NCBI GenBank assembly: GCA_964016885.1
Contig: OZ024758.1
Coordinates: 11,160,001 to 11,224,000 of the forward strand
Source: Eledone cirrhosa
Lineage: Eukaryota
Reading direction: 5' to 3'
Length of the DNA: 64,000 nt
The notes under the pieces were generated by a model. It saw only the letters and a program-made list of their open reading frames with translations, did no database searches and was not told the DNA's origin. A program made the position numbers and the translations under genes. This document shows, piece after piece, positions 1-13,737 of the stretch. Position 1 is the stretch's first letter. Each line of letters starts with the position of its first letter.

Positions 1-198
1 ATAGTGTCCCAGGGTGGCAATTAATAATTCATGTGTGAAAGGCTGTGAACAGGAGACAAAACAATGTGTCAGTATATATATATATATATATATACACATA
101 TATATATATACACATATATATATATATATATATATACGTATGTATGTGTGTATATATATATATATATACACATATATATATATACGTATGTATGTGTG

Positions 199-231
<33 letters not shown>

Positions 232-837
232 GTATGAGTGTTTATGTATGTGTGTACTGAGAGAAAGGGGAGTGACTCAGTTAAATATTTGGCTGCCTCC
301 ATCAATGTCGTCACTACCACCACCACCCCACCACCACCACCACCACCACCACCATCATCACCATCACCATCACCATCATCATGGCCATCACCATCACTAT
401 CACCACCACCATCATGGCCATCACCATCACCACCACCACCACCATCATCATCATCACCACCACTACCATCATCATCACCACTACTACCACCATCATCACC
501 ATCACCACCACCACGATCATCACCATCGCCACCACCACCATCATGATGACCACCACCACCATCACCATTACTACCACAATCATCACCATCACCACCATCA
601 CCATCACCACCACCACCATCATCACCACCACCATCACCACCACTACTACCACCACCATCACCATCACCACCACCACCACGATCATCACCATCGCCACCAC
701 CACCATCATGATGACCACCACCACCATCACCCTCACTACCACCACCACCACCACCACCACCATCGCCACCACCAGACATACTTGGTATTTGCAGCTAAAG
801 TGACTCTTAGACAGACTTACTCATCATTTTATTCTAG

Positions 838-913
838 TAAATTGCCAACTGGTGCATCAATCCCTCCTGGATTAACAGTTTCACTAACTCCATTACAAAC
901 CAAATTCCCAGTT
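838..913 (+). CDS. Candidate 76-bp exon ([25 protein letters not shown])
   Basis: Unique island between microsatellites; TCATTTTATTCTAG| acceptor and |GTAAGA donor; open frame. Confidence 0.28.
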
Positions 914-1774
914 GTAAGACCATCACCCCCATCTCTCTCTCTCTCCACACTTACACATCATCATCATCATTATCTCCCCTTCTTCTCTTCCACTCTCCAC
1001 ACTTACACACACACATCATCACCATCATTATTACCACCCTCTTTCTCTCTCTCTCTCTCTCTCCACATGCACACTTACACACAGACACAGATCATCATCA
1101 CCATCATTATCTCCCCTTCTTCCTCTCTCTCTCCACACACACACACACACACATACATATCATCATCATCATCATCATCATTATTACTCCCATCTTCATC
1201 TCTCTCTCTCCACACATACACACACACACATCATCATCATCATCTCCCCTTCTTCCTCTCTCTCTCTCTCTTTCTCTCCACACATACACACTTAGACACA
1301 TACACATCATCATTACCCCTTCTTCCTCATTATCAACCCCTTCCTCTATCTTCCTCTCTCCACACACACATACATACATACATACATACATACACACACT
1401 GTCATCATTGAAGTAATTTGCTGGCTGTTGTTGCTGTTATTGTTGCTGTTGTTGTAGTAGAATAACCTCTGAGTTGATCACCAAACAGAGGAACAACTGA
1501 TTAAATCTCGCTATCATTTCTAAAATATTTCAAATTCATGACAATCTTATATATGAACAATCTGTTAAAATATTTAGACCGATTAACGAACACAAGCACA
1601 TTCCTAATTGTACTTTTATTGCTTGCAGTGTTTAAGTATGTCAGTTTAAATTAGATGATCTTTTGTGGCGTCCCTGTGTGAGCCAGGATTTTCTGTTCAA
1701 CATACCACTCAGTCAACTGATGATGAACTGATGATGTGCAATATATTGCTCATTTAAGCTGAGCACCGGGACTC

Positions 1775-2692
1775 TGTTTGAAGATTGACCTCTGTGGTGT
1801 GAAACTGAGCATTGAGCCTCTCTCTGTTTGAAGACTGACCTCTGTGGTGTGAAACTGAGCATTGAGCCTCTGTGGTGTGAAGACTGACCTCTGTGGTGTG
1901 AAACTGAGCATTGAGCCTCTCTCAGTTTGATGACTGACCTCTGTGGTGTGAAACTGAGCATTGAGCCTCTCTCAGTTTGAAGACTGACCCATGTGGTGTG
2001 AAACTGAGCATTGAGCCTCTCTCAGTTTGAAGACTGACCTCTGTGGTGTGAAACTGAGCATTGAGCTTCTCTCAGTTTGAAGACTAACCTATGTGGTGTG
2101 AAACTGAGCATTGAGCCTCTCTCAGTTTGATGACTGACCTCTGTGGTGTGAAACTGAGCATTGAGCCTCTCTCAGTTTGAAGACTGACCCATGTGGTGTG
2201 AAACTGAGCATTGAGCCTCTCTCTCAGTTTGATGACTGACTTCTGTGGTGTGAAACTGAGCATTGAGCCTCTCTCTCAGTTTGATGACTGACCTCTGTGG
2301 TGTGAAACTGAGCATTGAGCCTCTCTCAGTTTGAAGACTGACCTCTGTGGTGTGAAACTGAGCATTGAGCCTCTCTCAGTTTGAAGACTGACCTATGTGG
2401 TGTGAAACTGAGCATTGAGCCTCTCTCTGCTTGAAGACTGACCTATGTGGTGTGAAACTGAGCATTGAGCCTCTCTCAGTTTGAAGACTGACCTCTGTGG
2501 TGTGAAACTGAGCATTGAGCCTCTCTCAGTTTGAAGACTGACCTCTGTGGTGTGAAACTGAGCATTGAGCCTCTCTCAGTTTGAAGACTGACCTATGTGG
2601 TGTGAAACTGAGCATTGAGCCTCTCTCTGTTTGAAGACTGACCTCTGTGGTGTGAAACTGAGCATTGAGCCTCTCTCAGTTTGATGACTGAC
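1775..2692. repeat. 50-bp minisatellite, ~18 copies
   Basis: CTCTGTGGTGTGAAACTGAGCATTGAGCCTCTCTCAGTTTGAAGACTGAC. Confidence 0.97.
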
Positions 2693-2694
2693 TT

Positions 2695-3235
2695 ACATGT
2701 AGGAAGATACATCCATATGTTTGACATTCTGGGGAGGAAAGACTGGGTGTAGTACTGAGCCTGGGTGGTGGACACAATATGGGTGACAGGAAGAAAAGAC
2801 TGGGTGTAATACTGAGCCTGGGTGACAGGAGGAGGAACGACAAAGGACTTGAGAGTACCCGAGTCGAGATGGTGTAAGATTAGCCAGCTACAAGGAGCAC
2901 AGGTTTGTGTAGTAGTATCAGAAAAAGGCAGAATGAGGAGACAACATATCTGATCAGAAGTTTATATATGTTAGAGAAAAGGAGAGAGAATTGTCCAGTG
3001 GGACATCATCACTATCACCACCATTGTCTTTGACATTTAAAGCTAAAGAAATATATAGGGAGTCAGGGTATTCTGAGGTCATGGTGACCCCTACTGCGGG
3101 GGAGTGGTGTCTGAATGTTTGCAACAGAGCAAACTTCCGGAAAGATACCAAAGAACGAGGTGGTATTATTCTGTAATAAATACCAGACTTGAAAAAATAA
3201 GTAGCAGAGTCAATATTATCTACAAAACCCATTTA
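2695..3235 (-). mobile_element. Internally deleted CR1/Jockey-group LINE remnant
   Basis: Minus strand with frameshifts: VVSSFCLF/YYYTNLCSL*LANLTP...SSCHPYCV/QYYTQSFLPRMSNIWMYLP (ORF2 C-terminal motif SFFPRT..LWN.LP), preceded by SLSFSLTYINF resembling an APE domain start. Confidence 0.65.
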
Positions 3236-3427
3236 AAGCAGGGAGGGCCCCAGCATGGCCCGCAGAAGTAAAAAAAAAGAACAACAACAAAAAAATACAG
3301 TAAAAAGAAAAACAAATAAAATATAATAAAAATATGGCTAAATGTCAATGCCCCAGCATGGCCTCAGCCAGTCGTCGGGAAGAGGCAAAAGAGCAACAGA
3401 ATATAAGAGTATATAGATTAAGCAGTA

Positions 3428-3457
<30 letters not shown>

Positions 3458-3458
<1 letters not shown>

Positions 3459-4085
3459 CATCATCATCATCATCGTTTAACGTCTATCTTCCACGCTAGC
3501 ATGGGTTTGGACGGGAGTTGTCCCACTTGAGGCAAGATTGGTCATCTCGCCCGTATAGGACTGTCTGGCGGGTTTTCTACGGCTGGATGCCCTTCCTAAC
3601 ACCAACCGCGTTTACAGTGTGGTCTGGGAGCTTTTTACCGTGTTACCTACACGGCCACATTACAGCGTGGACTGTGTTTTTTTGTCATGACACCTACACG
3701 ACCTCATTTATTTAGGACTGGATGTTGTGGTACCAACATAACTTTACATCGAAAGGGGTGGTGTAGATGGCGGTGGGGGGGGGGGGGAGTTGGGTAGTGG
3801 ATTGGGGTGTATATTTGGTTAAGAGGTGCCTACTGACTGTAGGTTTCGCTTTGTACATAGGCAAGGGAGGTCTTCTGTATTACTGCGTAGCGCCAAAGAT
3901 CTCGGTCCAGTGACATTGTCTTAGAGAGGTGTAAGTGTGTAAGATCGGAATTTATCAAATCGTCCCAGGTTTTTCTGGGTCTGCTTACTCCGTAACTACC
4001 GTCAGTTTTGATCTCCTTGCGCTTTTTTTATACAGCTGTCGTCTTTCATGTGCATCACGTGACCATACCAACGCAGTCTTCTCCC
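3458..4085 (-). mobile_element. 5'-truncated RTE-type LINE, same family as 28229-28851
   Basis: Near-identical nucleotide sequence to the 28.2-28.85 kb copy; (CAT)n at the low-coordinate end. Confidence 0.88.
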
Positions 4086-4761
4086 TCTCTCTCTCTCTCT
4101 CTATATATATATAGTATGTGTGTATATATGTTAATGATACTATATATGTATATATATATGTGTGTGTTTGTGTGTGTGCGTGTGTATATATATGTGTGTG
4201 TGTGGGTGTGTGTGTATATATATATATGTGTGTGTGTGTGTATGTGTGTGTGTGTGTGTGTGTGTGTAGTGTCATTTTAATGGGAGATGAAATATCTGTC
4301 TATTTCCACCTTTATACTGCACCATACTGTTTCTTTGGCAACAGCAGGATTACTATAGAGAACTATAGAGAATAAATGGTATCTTATCAATGGTGGGAGG
4401 AGGGGATAGGGGGGAGTGAGAGAGGTGGGGGTGGCAGTGAGGGAGAGAGAGAGGGGGAAGTGAGGGAGAGAGAGAAAGGGGGCAGTGAGGGAGGGAGAGA
4501 GAGAGGGGGCAGTGAGGGAGGGAGAGAGAGAGGGGGCAGTGAGGGAGAGAGAGGAGCAGTGAGGGAGGGAGAGAGGGGAGCAGTGAGGGAGGGAGAGAGG
4601 GGAGCAGTGAGAGAGGGAGAGAGGGGAGCAGTGAGAGAGGGAGGGAGAGAGAGGGTGGCAATGAGGGGGAGAGGGGAGGGTGAGAGGGGGCAGAAAGGGA
4701 GAGAGACAGTGAGAGAAAGAGAGATAGAATGAGAGATTATATATAATCTTTAATTGATAAG

Positions 4762-5240
4762 GTTATATAGACATGTAGAGTTGTATAGACATGTAGAGTT
4801 GTATAGACATGTAGAGTTGTATAGACATGTAGTTATATAGACATGTAGTGTTGTATAGACATGTAGAGTTGTATAGACATGTAGAGTTATATAGACATGT
4901 AGAGTTATATAGACATGTAGAGTTATATAGACATGTAGAGTTATACAGACATGTAGAGTTGTATAGACATGTAGAGTTATATAGACATATAGAGTTATAT
5001 AGACATGTAGTTATATAGACATGTAGTTATATAGACATGTAGAGTTGTATAGATATGTCGAGTTATATAGACATGTAGAGTTATATAGACATGTAGAGTT
5101 ATATAGATATGAAGAGTTATATAGACATGTAGAGTTGTATAGACATGTCGAGTTATATAGACATGTAGAGTTATATAGACATGTAGAGTTATATAGACAT
5201 GTAGAGTTATATAGATATGAAGAGTTATATAGATATGAAG
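4762..5240. repeat. 18-bp minisatellite
   Basis: AGAGTTATATAGACATGT. Confidence 0.97.
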
Positions 5241-5304
5241 ATACATTAAATTAGAAAATACTGATTAGGGAGAAAAATTACATGAGTAAATGTGGGAATG
5301 TGAG

Positions 5305-5480
5305 ATCGGTAGAGGGTCGGACGGCATGTCTTGCAGCAAAGAGTTACAGTCCTTTATGGTCCGAGTTCAAATCTCGCCGAGGTTAACTTTGCCTTTCATT
5401 CTTACGGGGTCGATAAAATAAAGTACCAGTAATACACTGAGATAATTGCTGGCCTTGTGCCTAAAGTAGAAACAATTATT
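5305..5480 (+). mobile_element. SINE-like family B
   Basis: GAGTTCAAATC B box, core AACTTTGCCTTTCATCCTTACGGGGTCGATAAAATAAAGTACCAG, (ATT)n tail; partial inverted copy at 5750-5850. Confidence 0.82.
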
Positions 5481-6142
5481 ATCATCATAGTTATCATTTA
5501 ATGGTTGTTAAATGATGTGGAGTGAGGGTGACATACTGGTCAGCTGGATAGGAAGACAGGGTGACAGGCTGGTCAGCTGGATAGGAAGACAGGGTGACAG
5601 GCTGGTCAGCTGGTGGAATAAACATACTAGCTGGGAGGCAGGTTGACTAGGACAGCTAGATTAAGAAATAAACTGACTGGGGGATAGAAAGATTGGTTAA
5701 TGGTTAGACAGGAAGACTGTGAGATAGACTGTGACAGATAGATAGACATAATTGTTTCTATGTTTGGCATAAGGCCAGCAATTACTCAGCGCATTACTGG
5801 TACTTTATTTTATCGACCCCGAAAGGATGAAAGGCAAAGTTAACCTCGGACATAAGAACTAGGAGATAGATAGAGAGATAGATAGAGTAATAGACAGGAA
5901 AATTGTGAGACAGATATACTGATAGATATATTTCTTTATTTGCCACAAGGGCACACAAGAAAAGGAGACAAAACAAAGACATATGGCGGGGATTTTACAT
6001 ACAATCATGTAAAAATATTGAAACAAACAAATACACTGATAGATAGATAGATAGATAGATAGATAGACAACCTGACTAGGAGATAGACAGACCAACTGAC
6101 TAATCCAAGTGGATTGATAGATATCTTTCTTTATTTGCTGTG

Positions 6143-6176
<34 letters not shown>

Positions 6177-6201
6177 CAGACAGATAGATAGACAGATAAA
6201 C

Positions 6202-6236
<35 letters not shown>

Positions 6237-6709
6237 CCAAGTGGTAATAACACAAACATATACAAAATGATACAGGTATACCTCTAGAATTTAATTAGTC
6301 AATCAGAAGGAAAAAAAAAAAAGGTAATTTAGGAAAGATTGAGACAAAATAAAGAATTTTGAGATGAAAGACAAAATAATGCTGAAGATCCATTTTTATG
6401 GAGAAAGAAAGAAATCTTATTTTTATGTAAGAAATAATTCTTTTAGATTCTCACAAATGAAATACAATGTAGTTGTCCAAGAGAATGGTTCTACCAGAGT
6501 AAAAGAGGAAGGCAACCAGTGTATCTATATATATACTGGTGTGTATATATGTGTGTATATATATATATACACACACAGATACATACACATATACCAACAC
6601 ACACATATATATACACACACAGATACATACACATATACCAACACACACATATATATATACACACACATATATATATATATATATTACATAGTTTTCTATG
6701 AAATGCAGA

Positions 6710-7856
6710 AGCATGTGTGTGTGTACATGTGTGAGAGTATGTGTCTATATGTATTTACATGGATGTGTGTGTATGTATGTATACATGTGTGTATGTATGT
6801 ACATGTGTATGTATGTGTACATGTGTGTATGTATGTGTACATGTGTGTATGTATGTGTACATGTGTGTATGTATGTACATGTGTGTATGTATGTGTACAT
6901 GTGTGTATGTATGTGTACATGTGTGTGTATGTGTACGTGTGTATGTATGTGTACGTGTGTATGTATGTACATGTGTGTATGTATGTACATGTGTGTATGT
7001 ATGTACATGTGTGTATGTATGTGTGTATGTATGTGTACATGTGTGTATGTATGTACATGTGTATGTACATGTGTGTATGTATGTACATGTGTGTATGTAT
7101 GTACATGTGTATGTACATGTGTGTATGTATGTGTACATGTGTGTATGTATGTACATGTGTGTATGTATGTACATGTGTGTATGTATGTACATGTGTGTAT
7201 GTATGTGTACATGTGTGTATGTATGTACATGTGTGTATGTATGTGTACATGTGTGTATGTATGTACATGTGTGTATGTATGTACATGTGTGTATGTATGT
7301 GTACATGTGTGCATGTATGTGTACATGTGTGTATGTATGTGTACATGTGTGTATGTATGTGTACATGTGTACATGTATGTGTACATGTGTGTATGTATGT
7401 ACATGTGTGTATGTATGTGTACATGTGTGAGAGTGTTTATATGTATTTACATGGATGTGTGTGTATGTATGTGTACATGTGTGTATGTATGTACATGTGT
7501 GTGTGTATGTATGTACATGTGTGTATGTATGTACATGTGTGTATGTATGTGTACATGTGTGTATGTATGTGTACATGTGTGTATGTATGTGTACATGTGT
7601 GTATGTATGTGTACATGTGTGTATGTATGTGTACATGTGTGTATGTATGTACGTATGTATGTGTACATGTGTGTATGTATGTACATGTGTGTATGTATGT
7701 GTACATGTGTGTATGTATGTGTACATGTGTGTATGTATGTACGTATGTATGTGTACATGTGTGTATGTATGTACATGTGTGTATGTATGTGTACATGTGT
7801 GTATGTATGTACATGTGTGTATGTATGTGTACATGTGTACATGTGTGTATGTGTAT
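6710..7856. repeat. 18-20-bp RY minisatellite
   Basis: GTATGTATGT(GT)ACATGTGT. Confidence 0.95.
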
Positions 7857-7935
7857 GGAAGAGACCTTAGAAGCCTGACAGAAAGTGTTCAAGGTCAAGA
7901 CATTTTAAGTGCTAAATATAACACATGAAAGCTGG

Positions 7936-9440
7936 GCAGCGGCAATAGCAGCAGCAACAACTGCACCACTAGCAGCAGCAGTGACAGCAGTACTAGCAGC
8001 AACATCAGTAACAACTGCATCACTAGCAATAACTGCAGCAACAGTAGCAGCAGCAACTACAGCAACAGTAGCAGCAGCACTAGCAGCAGCTACAGCAAAC
8101 AGCAGCAGCACTAGCAGCAACTACAACAACAGTAGCAGCAGAACTAGCAGCAACAGTAGCAGCAACTACAGCAACACTAGCAGCAACTACAGCAACAGCA
8201 CTAGCAGCAACTACAGCAACACTAGCAACAATTACAGCAACAGTAGCAGCAGCACTAGCAACAACTACAGCAACAGCAGCACTAGCAACAACTACAACAA
8301 CAGTAGCAGCAGAACTAGCAGCAACAGTAGCAGCAACTACAGCAACACTAGCAGCAACTACAGCAACAGCACTAGCAGCAACTACAGCAACACTAGCAAC
8401 AATTACAGCAACAGTAGCAGCAGCACTAGCAACAACTACAGCAACAGCAGCACTAGCAACAACTACAACAACAGTAGCAGCAGAACTAGCAGCAACAGTA
8501 GCAGCAACTACAGCAACACTAGCAGCAACTACAGCAACAGCACTAGCAGCAACTACAGCAACACTAGCAACAATTACAGCAACAGTAGCAGCAGCACTAG
8601 CAACAACTACAGCAACAGCAGCACTAGCAACAACTACAACAACAGTAGCAGCAGAACTAGCAGCAACAGTAGCAGCAACTACAGCAACACTAGCAGCAAC
8701 TACAGCAACAGCACTAGCAGCAACTACAGCAACACTAGCAACAACTACAGCAACAGCAACAGCAGCACTAGCAACAACTACAGCAACAGCAGCAGCACTA
8801 GCAACAACTACAGCAACAACAACATCAGCAGCACTAGCAACAGTAGCAACAACAGCATCCCTAGCAATAACTGCAGCATCAGCAACTGCAGCAGCAACAG
8901 CAACAATGCAGCAACTCCAGCAGCAGCAACAACATCACTAGCAACAACTACAACAACAACAGCAACAGCAACAGTAGCAGCACTAGCAATAACTGCAGCA
9001 ACAGCAGCAGCACTAGCAATAACTGCAGCAACAGCAACAGTAGCAGCACTAGCAATAACTGCAGCAACAGCAGCAGTACTAGCAATAACTGCAGCAACAG
9101 CAACAGTAGCAGCACTAGCAATAACTGCAGCAACAGCAGCAGCACTAGCAATAACTGCAGCAACAGCAACAGTAGCAGCACTAGCAATAACTGCAGCAAC
9201 AGCAACAACAGCAGCAGCACTAGCAACAGTAGCAGCACTAGCAATAACTGCAGCAACAGCAGCAGCACTAGCAATAACTGCAGCAACAGCAACAACAGCA
9301 GCAGCACTAGCAACAGTAGCAGCACTAGCAATAACTGCAGCAACAGCAACAACAGCAGCAGCACTAGCAACAGTAGCAGCACTAGCAATAACTACAGCAT
9401 CAGCAACAACAACAGCAGCACCCCTAGCAGCAGTAGCAGT
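7936..9440. repeat. Complex (CAG/CAA/CTA)n tract with 171-bp higher-order repeat
   Basis: GAACTAG landmark at 8141, 8312, 8483, 8654. Confidence 0.93.
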
Positions 9441-9533
9441 ATTATATTGGTTTGCAGTTGTAACAGAGCCCCACCAACAACAACAACAACATCAACCTAT
9501 ATAGCAATATAACAGTAGCAGAGCAGTGGATGT

Positions 9534-10050
9534 GGCAGTATCGGTAGAGAGTCGGACGCCATGCTTTGCAGCATAGAGTTACGGCCCTTTACGATCTGAG
9601 TTCAAATCCCGCCGAGGTTAACTTTGCCTTTCATCCTTACGGGGGGGGGGGGGGGGGGGCGATAAAATAAAGTACCAGTAATACACTGGGGTAATTGCTG
9701 GCCTTGTGCCAAAAGTAGAAAAATTATTATTATTATCATGCTTTGATGCATAGAGTTACGGCCCTTGCCATTGTGAGTTCAAATGCCGCCGAGGTTAACT
9801 TTACCTTTCATCCTTACGGGGGGGTCGATATAATAAAGTACCAGTAATGCACTGGGGTAATTGCTGGCCTTGTGCCAAAAGAGATACTGCCCTTTATGAT
9901 CTGAGTTCAAATCCCGCCGAGGTTAACTTTGCCTTTCATCCTCATGGGGTCGATAAAATAAAGTACCAGTCATGCACTGGGGTTGACTTAATCGACCTTC
10001 CCCCCCCCCCCAAAAAAAAAAATCACTGGCCTTGTGCCTATATAAGAAAC
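9534..10050 (+). mobile_element. SINE-like family B, three tandem copies
   Basis: Core repeated at ~9620, ~9797, ~9925; first copy has an expanded G run. Confidence 0.82.
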
Positions 10051-10130
10051 CAATATAACAGTAGCAGTATGTCTGACAACATTGCTGCCAATATGGCAGA
10101 TAATGTAACAAATACAACATTGATTCTTAC

Positions 10131-10164
10131 CAAACTGAAGAAAACTTCAGCTTCAAATTGGAAT
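10131..10164 (-). CDS. Candidate 34-bp exon
   Basis: ATATTAG| acceptor, TTG|GTAAGA donor, two frames open. Confidence 0.18.
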
Positions 10165-10419
10165 CTAATATTACACTACACACACACACTCTCTCTCTCT
10201 CTCTCTCTCTCTCTCTACCTCGCTTTTATATCAAGTGGTGGAATTCTTTTTTGTGTGTGTATATATTTGTGTGTGAATATATTTGTGTGTGTATGTGTAA
10301 ATATGTTTTATACATATAGTCCTATGCGAGCAAGACAACCACTCTTGCCTCAAGTGGGAAAACTCCCGTCCAAACCCATGCAAGCATGGAACATGGACGT
10401 TAAACGATGATGATGATGA

Positions 10420-10463
<44 letters not shown>

Positions 10464-10871
10464 TAGTCGTTTAATGTCCATTTTCCACGCTAGCATGGGT
10501 TAGATGGGTTGTCCCATTCGAGTCCGGTGACTTTGTCTTACTCATACAGAACTATTTCTGGCTAGATTTCTACGACTGGGTGTCCTTCCTAATGCAAACC
10601 ATATTTGTAGTGTGCTGGGTGCTTTTTGTCGTGACTCTCCTACCAGTTTGCAGTGTGAACTGAGAGTGAGAGAGAGAGAGATATGTAAAATCTCGACTGC
10701 AGTGCCAAGCAGTTTCTTTCGGTTCGGGTGTACTCCCACGATTAGTGGTTTCCCCAATACTGCAGACTATATATATATTAAAACTATATATATATTAAAA
10801 GGCCAATAATTTATGTGTGTGTGTGTGTATATAGCATCATCATTTTACATCCGCTTTTCCCTGCTTGCAAG

Positions 10872-10909
<38 letters not shown>

Positions 10910-10987
10910 CATTTTTCAAAAAAGAATTGTCCCTTTTTTTACATAACACTATCTTTTCAATAATGTCACTTTGATGAATCAAAAAAC

Positions 10988-11051
10988 AAAAACAGATCCT
11001 TAAACATATCTCCTCTGTTATTTCCAACTTCATAATTTCTCTCTCTCTCTC

Positions 11052-11090
<39 letters not shown>

Positions 11091-11192
11091 TAGCGAGAGA
11101 GAGAGAGAGAGATAGAGAGAGAGAGAGATAGAGAAATGATGAAGTTGGAAATAAGGAAATAACACGGGAGATATGTTTAAGAATCTGTTTTT
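10988..11192. repeat. Inverted repeat, ~65-bp arms around (CT)n/(AG)n
   Basis: AAAAACAGATCCTTAAACATATCTCC...TTCCAACTTCATAATTTCTCT pairs with ~11122-11192; right arm has an 8-bp duplication. Confidence 0.85.
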
Positions 11193-11496
11193 CTTTATAT
11201 ATATATGCAGAGGTTATATTTAATTTGTTGGGATTCAACAAGCTTAAAAAATGTTTATAACTGATATAAAGCACTCAACAAATTAGTGGAGTAAATATAC
11301 AATATACTATCCAGGAAGCTCCAACCATTAAGGTTGTCTTTTTTCAGGGTATGTCAATATTTATTTATAAAACTAATCTGATGAAAGCGCACCATAATTT
11401 GCCTTGGTGGCCCTTGAAATATGTATAATAAAATAAATATGGTTTTATAAATATAGTTTCCATTTGTTAATATATTGTGTATATATATATCATTTC

Positions 11497-11835
11497 ATTC
11501 ATCATCATTTCATTTTACGTCCGCTTTTCCCTGCTAGCAAGGGTGGGACGGGAACTGATTCTGGCTTGATTTCTACAGCTGGATGCCCTTCCTAACACCA
11601 ACCTCATTTACAGTGAGTGCTGGGTGCTTTTTTGCTGTGGCACCTCCATGACGACTTTGCAGTGGAATGATAGGGACTGGGGTCCCTATCATCTCATTTC
11701 TACAGCTGAGTAAACTGGAGCAATGTGAAATAAAGTGTCTTGCTCAAGGAAACAACACATCACCCGGTCTGAAAATTGAACCCACAACCTTTCGATTGCA
11801 AGGCCAATGTTCTAACCACTAAGCCATGTGCCTCC
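11497..11835 (-). mobile_element. SINE family A
   Basis: Reverse complement of 13736-14064. Confidence 0.88.
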
Positions 11836-13019
11836 ATTATATTACAAATATATATATATATATATATTTGTAAAAGTGTCCTGTGTAGCTAAAGTCATAT
11901 AAAATGAATAAAAACTGTGGGCGAAAATGACAGAAAAACGTATGGAACACAGGACAGTGTTGTCTCATCAGTTGACCTCTGGAGATATGTTAGGCTCTGA
12001 AACAATGTATCTGCAGCAGTCGACTACACCACTCTTATCTCTTGTGCCACCCAACCTCACAATCATCCTATTCTGGGCCACCTCCTCGGTATTTAATGCC
12101 CAGTGGCTAGCCCTCAAAAATTACTAAACCTGCATGTTCTACTACACGGTCCACTCTCACCCATGCCAAATCCTGTTACAGGCCATATTTAATTCAATTA
12201 TGCAAAGTTGTATAAAACTGTGACCCTTTAAGGGTCATAGCACCAACTCTGGCTCTATTATTATTCCCTATAAGGGTTGGTTGTTGTTCTATAACACTTC
12301 CTTTTCACTGACACTTCAGATCAGCAAAATATATAGAGAGTGTGTGTGTGTGCATGGAAGTGTGTGTGCCCAAGCGTGTGAATGTGTGTGTGTGTGTGCA
12401 TGCAATCAAGTGTATATGTGAGTGTCTATGTTTGTGTGAGTGTGTAAGTGTATAAGAGTGTATATGTGAGGGTGTGCATGCAAGCATGTGGATGTGTGAG
12501 TGTGTGTGGGTGGGAGGTCAGGGATTAAACAGAGGTCAAACTTTGGATGGCTATTTAAAAACCTTAGATGAGGACAAGAGAGTTAAAATTAGATTTTTTA
12601 TAACAACATGACAAGCTTCAATCAGTGACTGTTGTTTTGATGTGAACAAATTATGTAGTTACCCTAGCCACAACCTTATCATAATCATGACTCATTATAG
12701 GGAGGGAAATAAGGAGAAATAGGGGTTGTTTTTCTTCTGGTTTAGTCTCAGATTAGCCCTGACTGAGCAGATTTATGATCAAAGGAATTCCAAACAGAAA
12801 CACCCTAATCTTTCCCTCAGTCAAAAGTTTCTCTCTTTTTATTACAACTGAAGGGATGTAGAGAGTGATTTGAGGTAGATTTAGTAGTTATATCTAACAG
12901 GTTGAGTGACTCTGTAGAGGCTCCCACAAAAACAGCAGTGAAAATTTGGAATTTTTATTTTAGATTTGACATTTTCTACCATTGTGTCACAATCTTTTGT
13001 GTACAAAACACGAACTATA

Positions 13020-13320
13020 GCTGCACCAAGGGTTTGAACTTAGAATATAAAGAACTAACAAAGGGGGAAAGTTGATTAAATCGACCTCAGAACATTACTG
13101 GTACTGTATTTTATCAACCCCTGTCAGGATGAAAGGCAAAGCTAACCTCTGTGAGATTTGAACTCAAAATATAAAGAGGTAACAGATACTGTTTCTGATT
13201 TAGACACAAGGTCAACAATTTTAAAGGAAAGAGGAAAGTAGCTTAAATCAACCTCAGTGTATTACTGGTACATTATTTTAAAGATGAAAGGCAAAGCTGA
13301 CCTTGGTGGGATTTGGACAT
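13020..13320 (-). mobile_element. Two degenerate SINE family B copies
   Basis: CATTACTGGTAC...GATGAAAGGCAAAGCT.ACCT occurs twice. Confidence 0.6.
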
Positions 13321-13541
13321 AAAAAGCTAACAAACATTACAAGGCATTTTGCCCAATGGCCTAATGATTGTCCTAACAAGATCCATATCTGAAGTATTTT
13401 TATGTTTTTAGTATAAAAATAACAAAAAAATCAACAAACCTATGAACAATTCACTAAATCTACTAAAAAAACTAAAACAATAGCTTAACTTCTTAAACTG
13501 ATTATGTGAAGAGATAATGATTCTATCTATATTAACCAATA

Positions 13542-13656
<115 letters not shown>

Positions 13657-13666
13657 AGCCTGAGAG

Positions 13667-13735
<69 letters not shown>

Positions 13736-13737
<2 letters not shown>

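Noticed and set aside
14-1411. 465-aa His-rich ORF and similar poly-His/Pro/Val/YI ORFs across the window
   Set aside because: Translations of stop-free microsatellites, open in several frames on both strands
1715-1770. C/D box snoRNA-like TGATGA...CTGA (also GTGATGA in the 62.6-63.7 kb repeat)
   Set aside because: Too short or lacking a D box and terminal stem; no recognisable rRNA guide
6447-6520. Cadherin-like peptide FSQMKYNVVVQEN
   Set aside because: Lacks the preceding DxNDNxP motif and has only a weak donor; competing open frames on both strands
8141-8654. Alpha-satellite because of the 171-bp period
   Set aside because: Length coincidence; the sequence is a trinucleotide mosaic with no alphoid similarity
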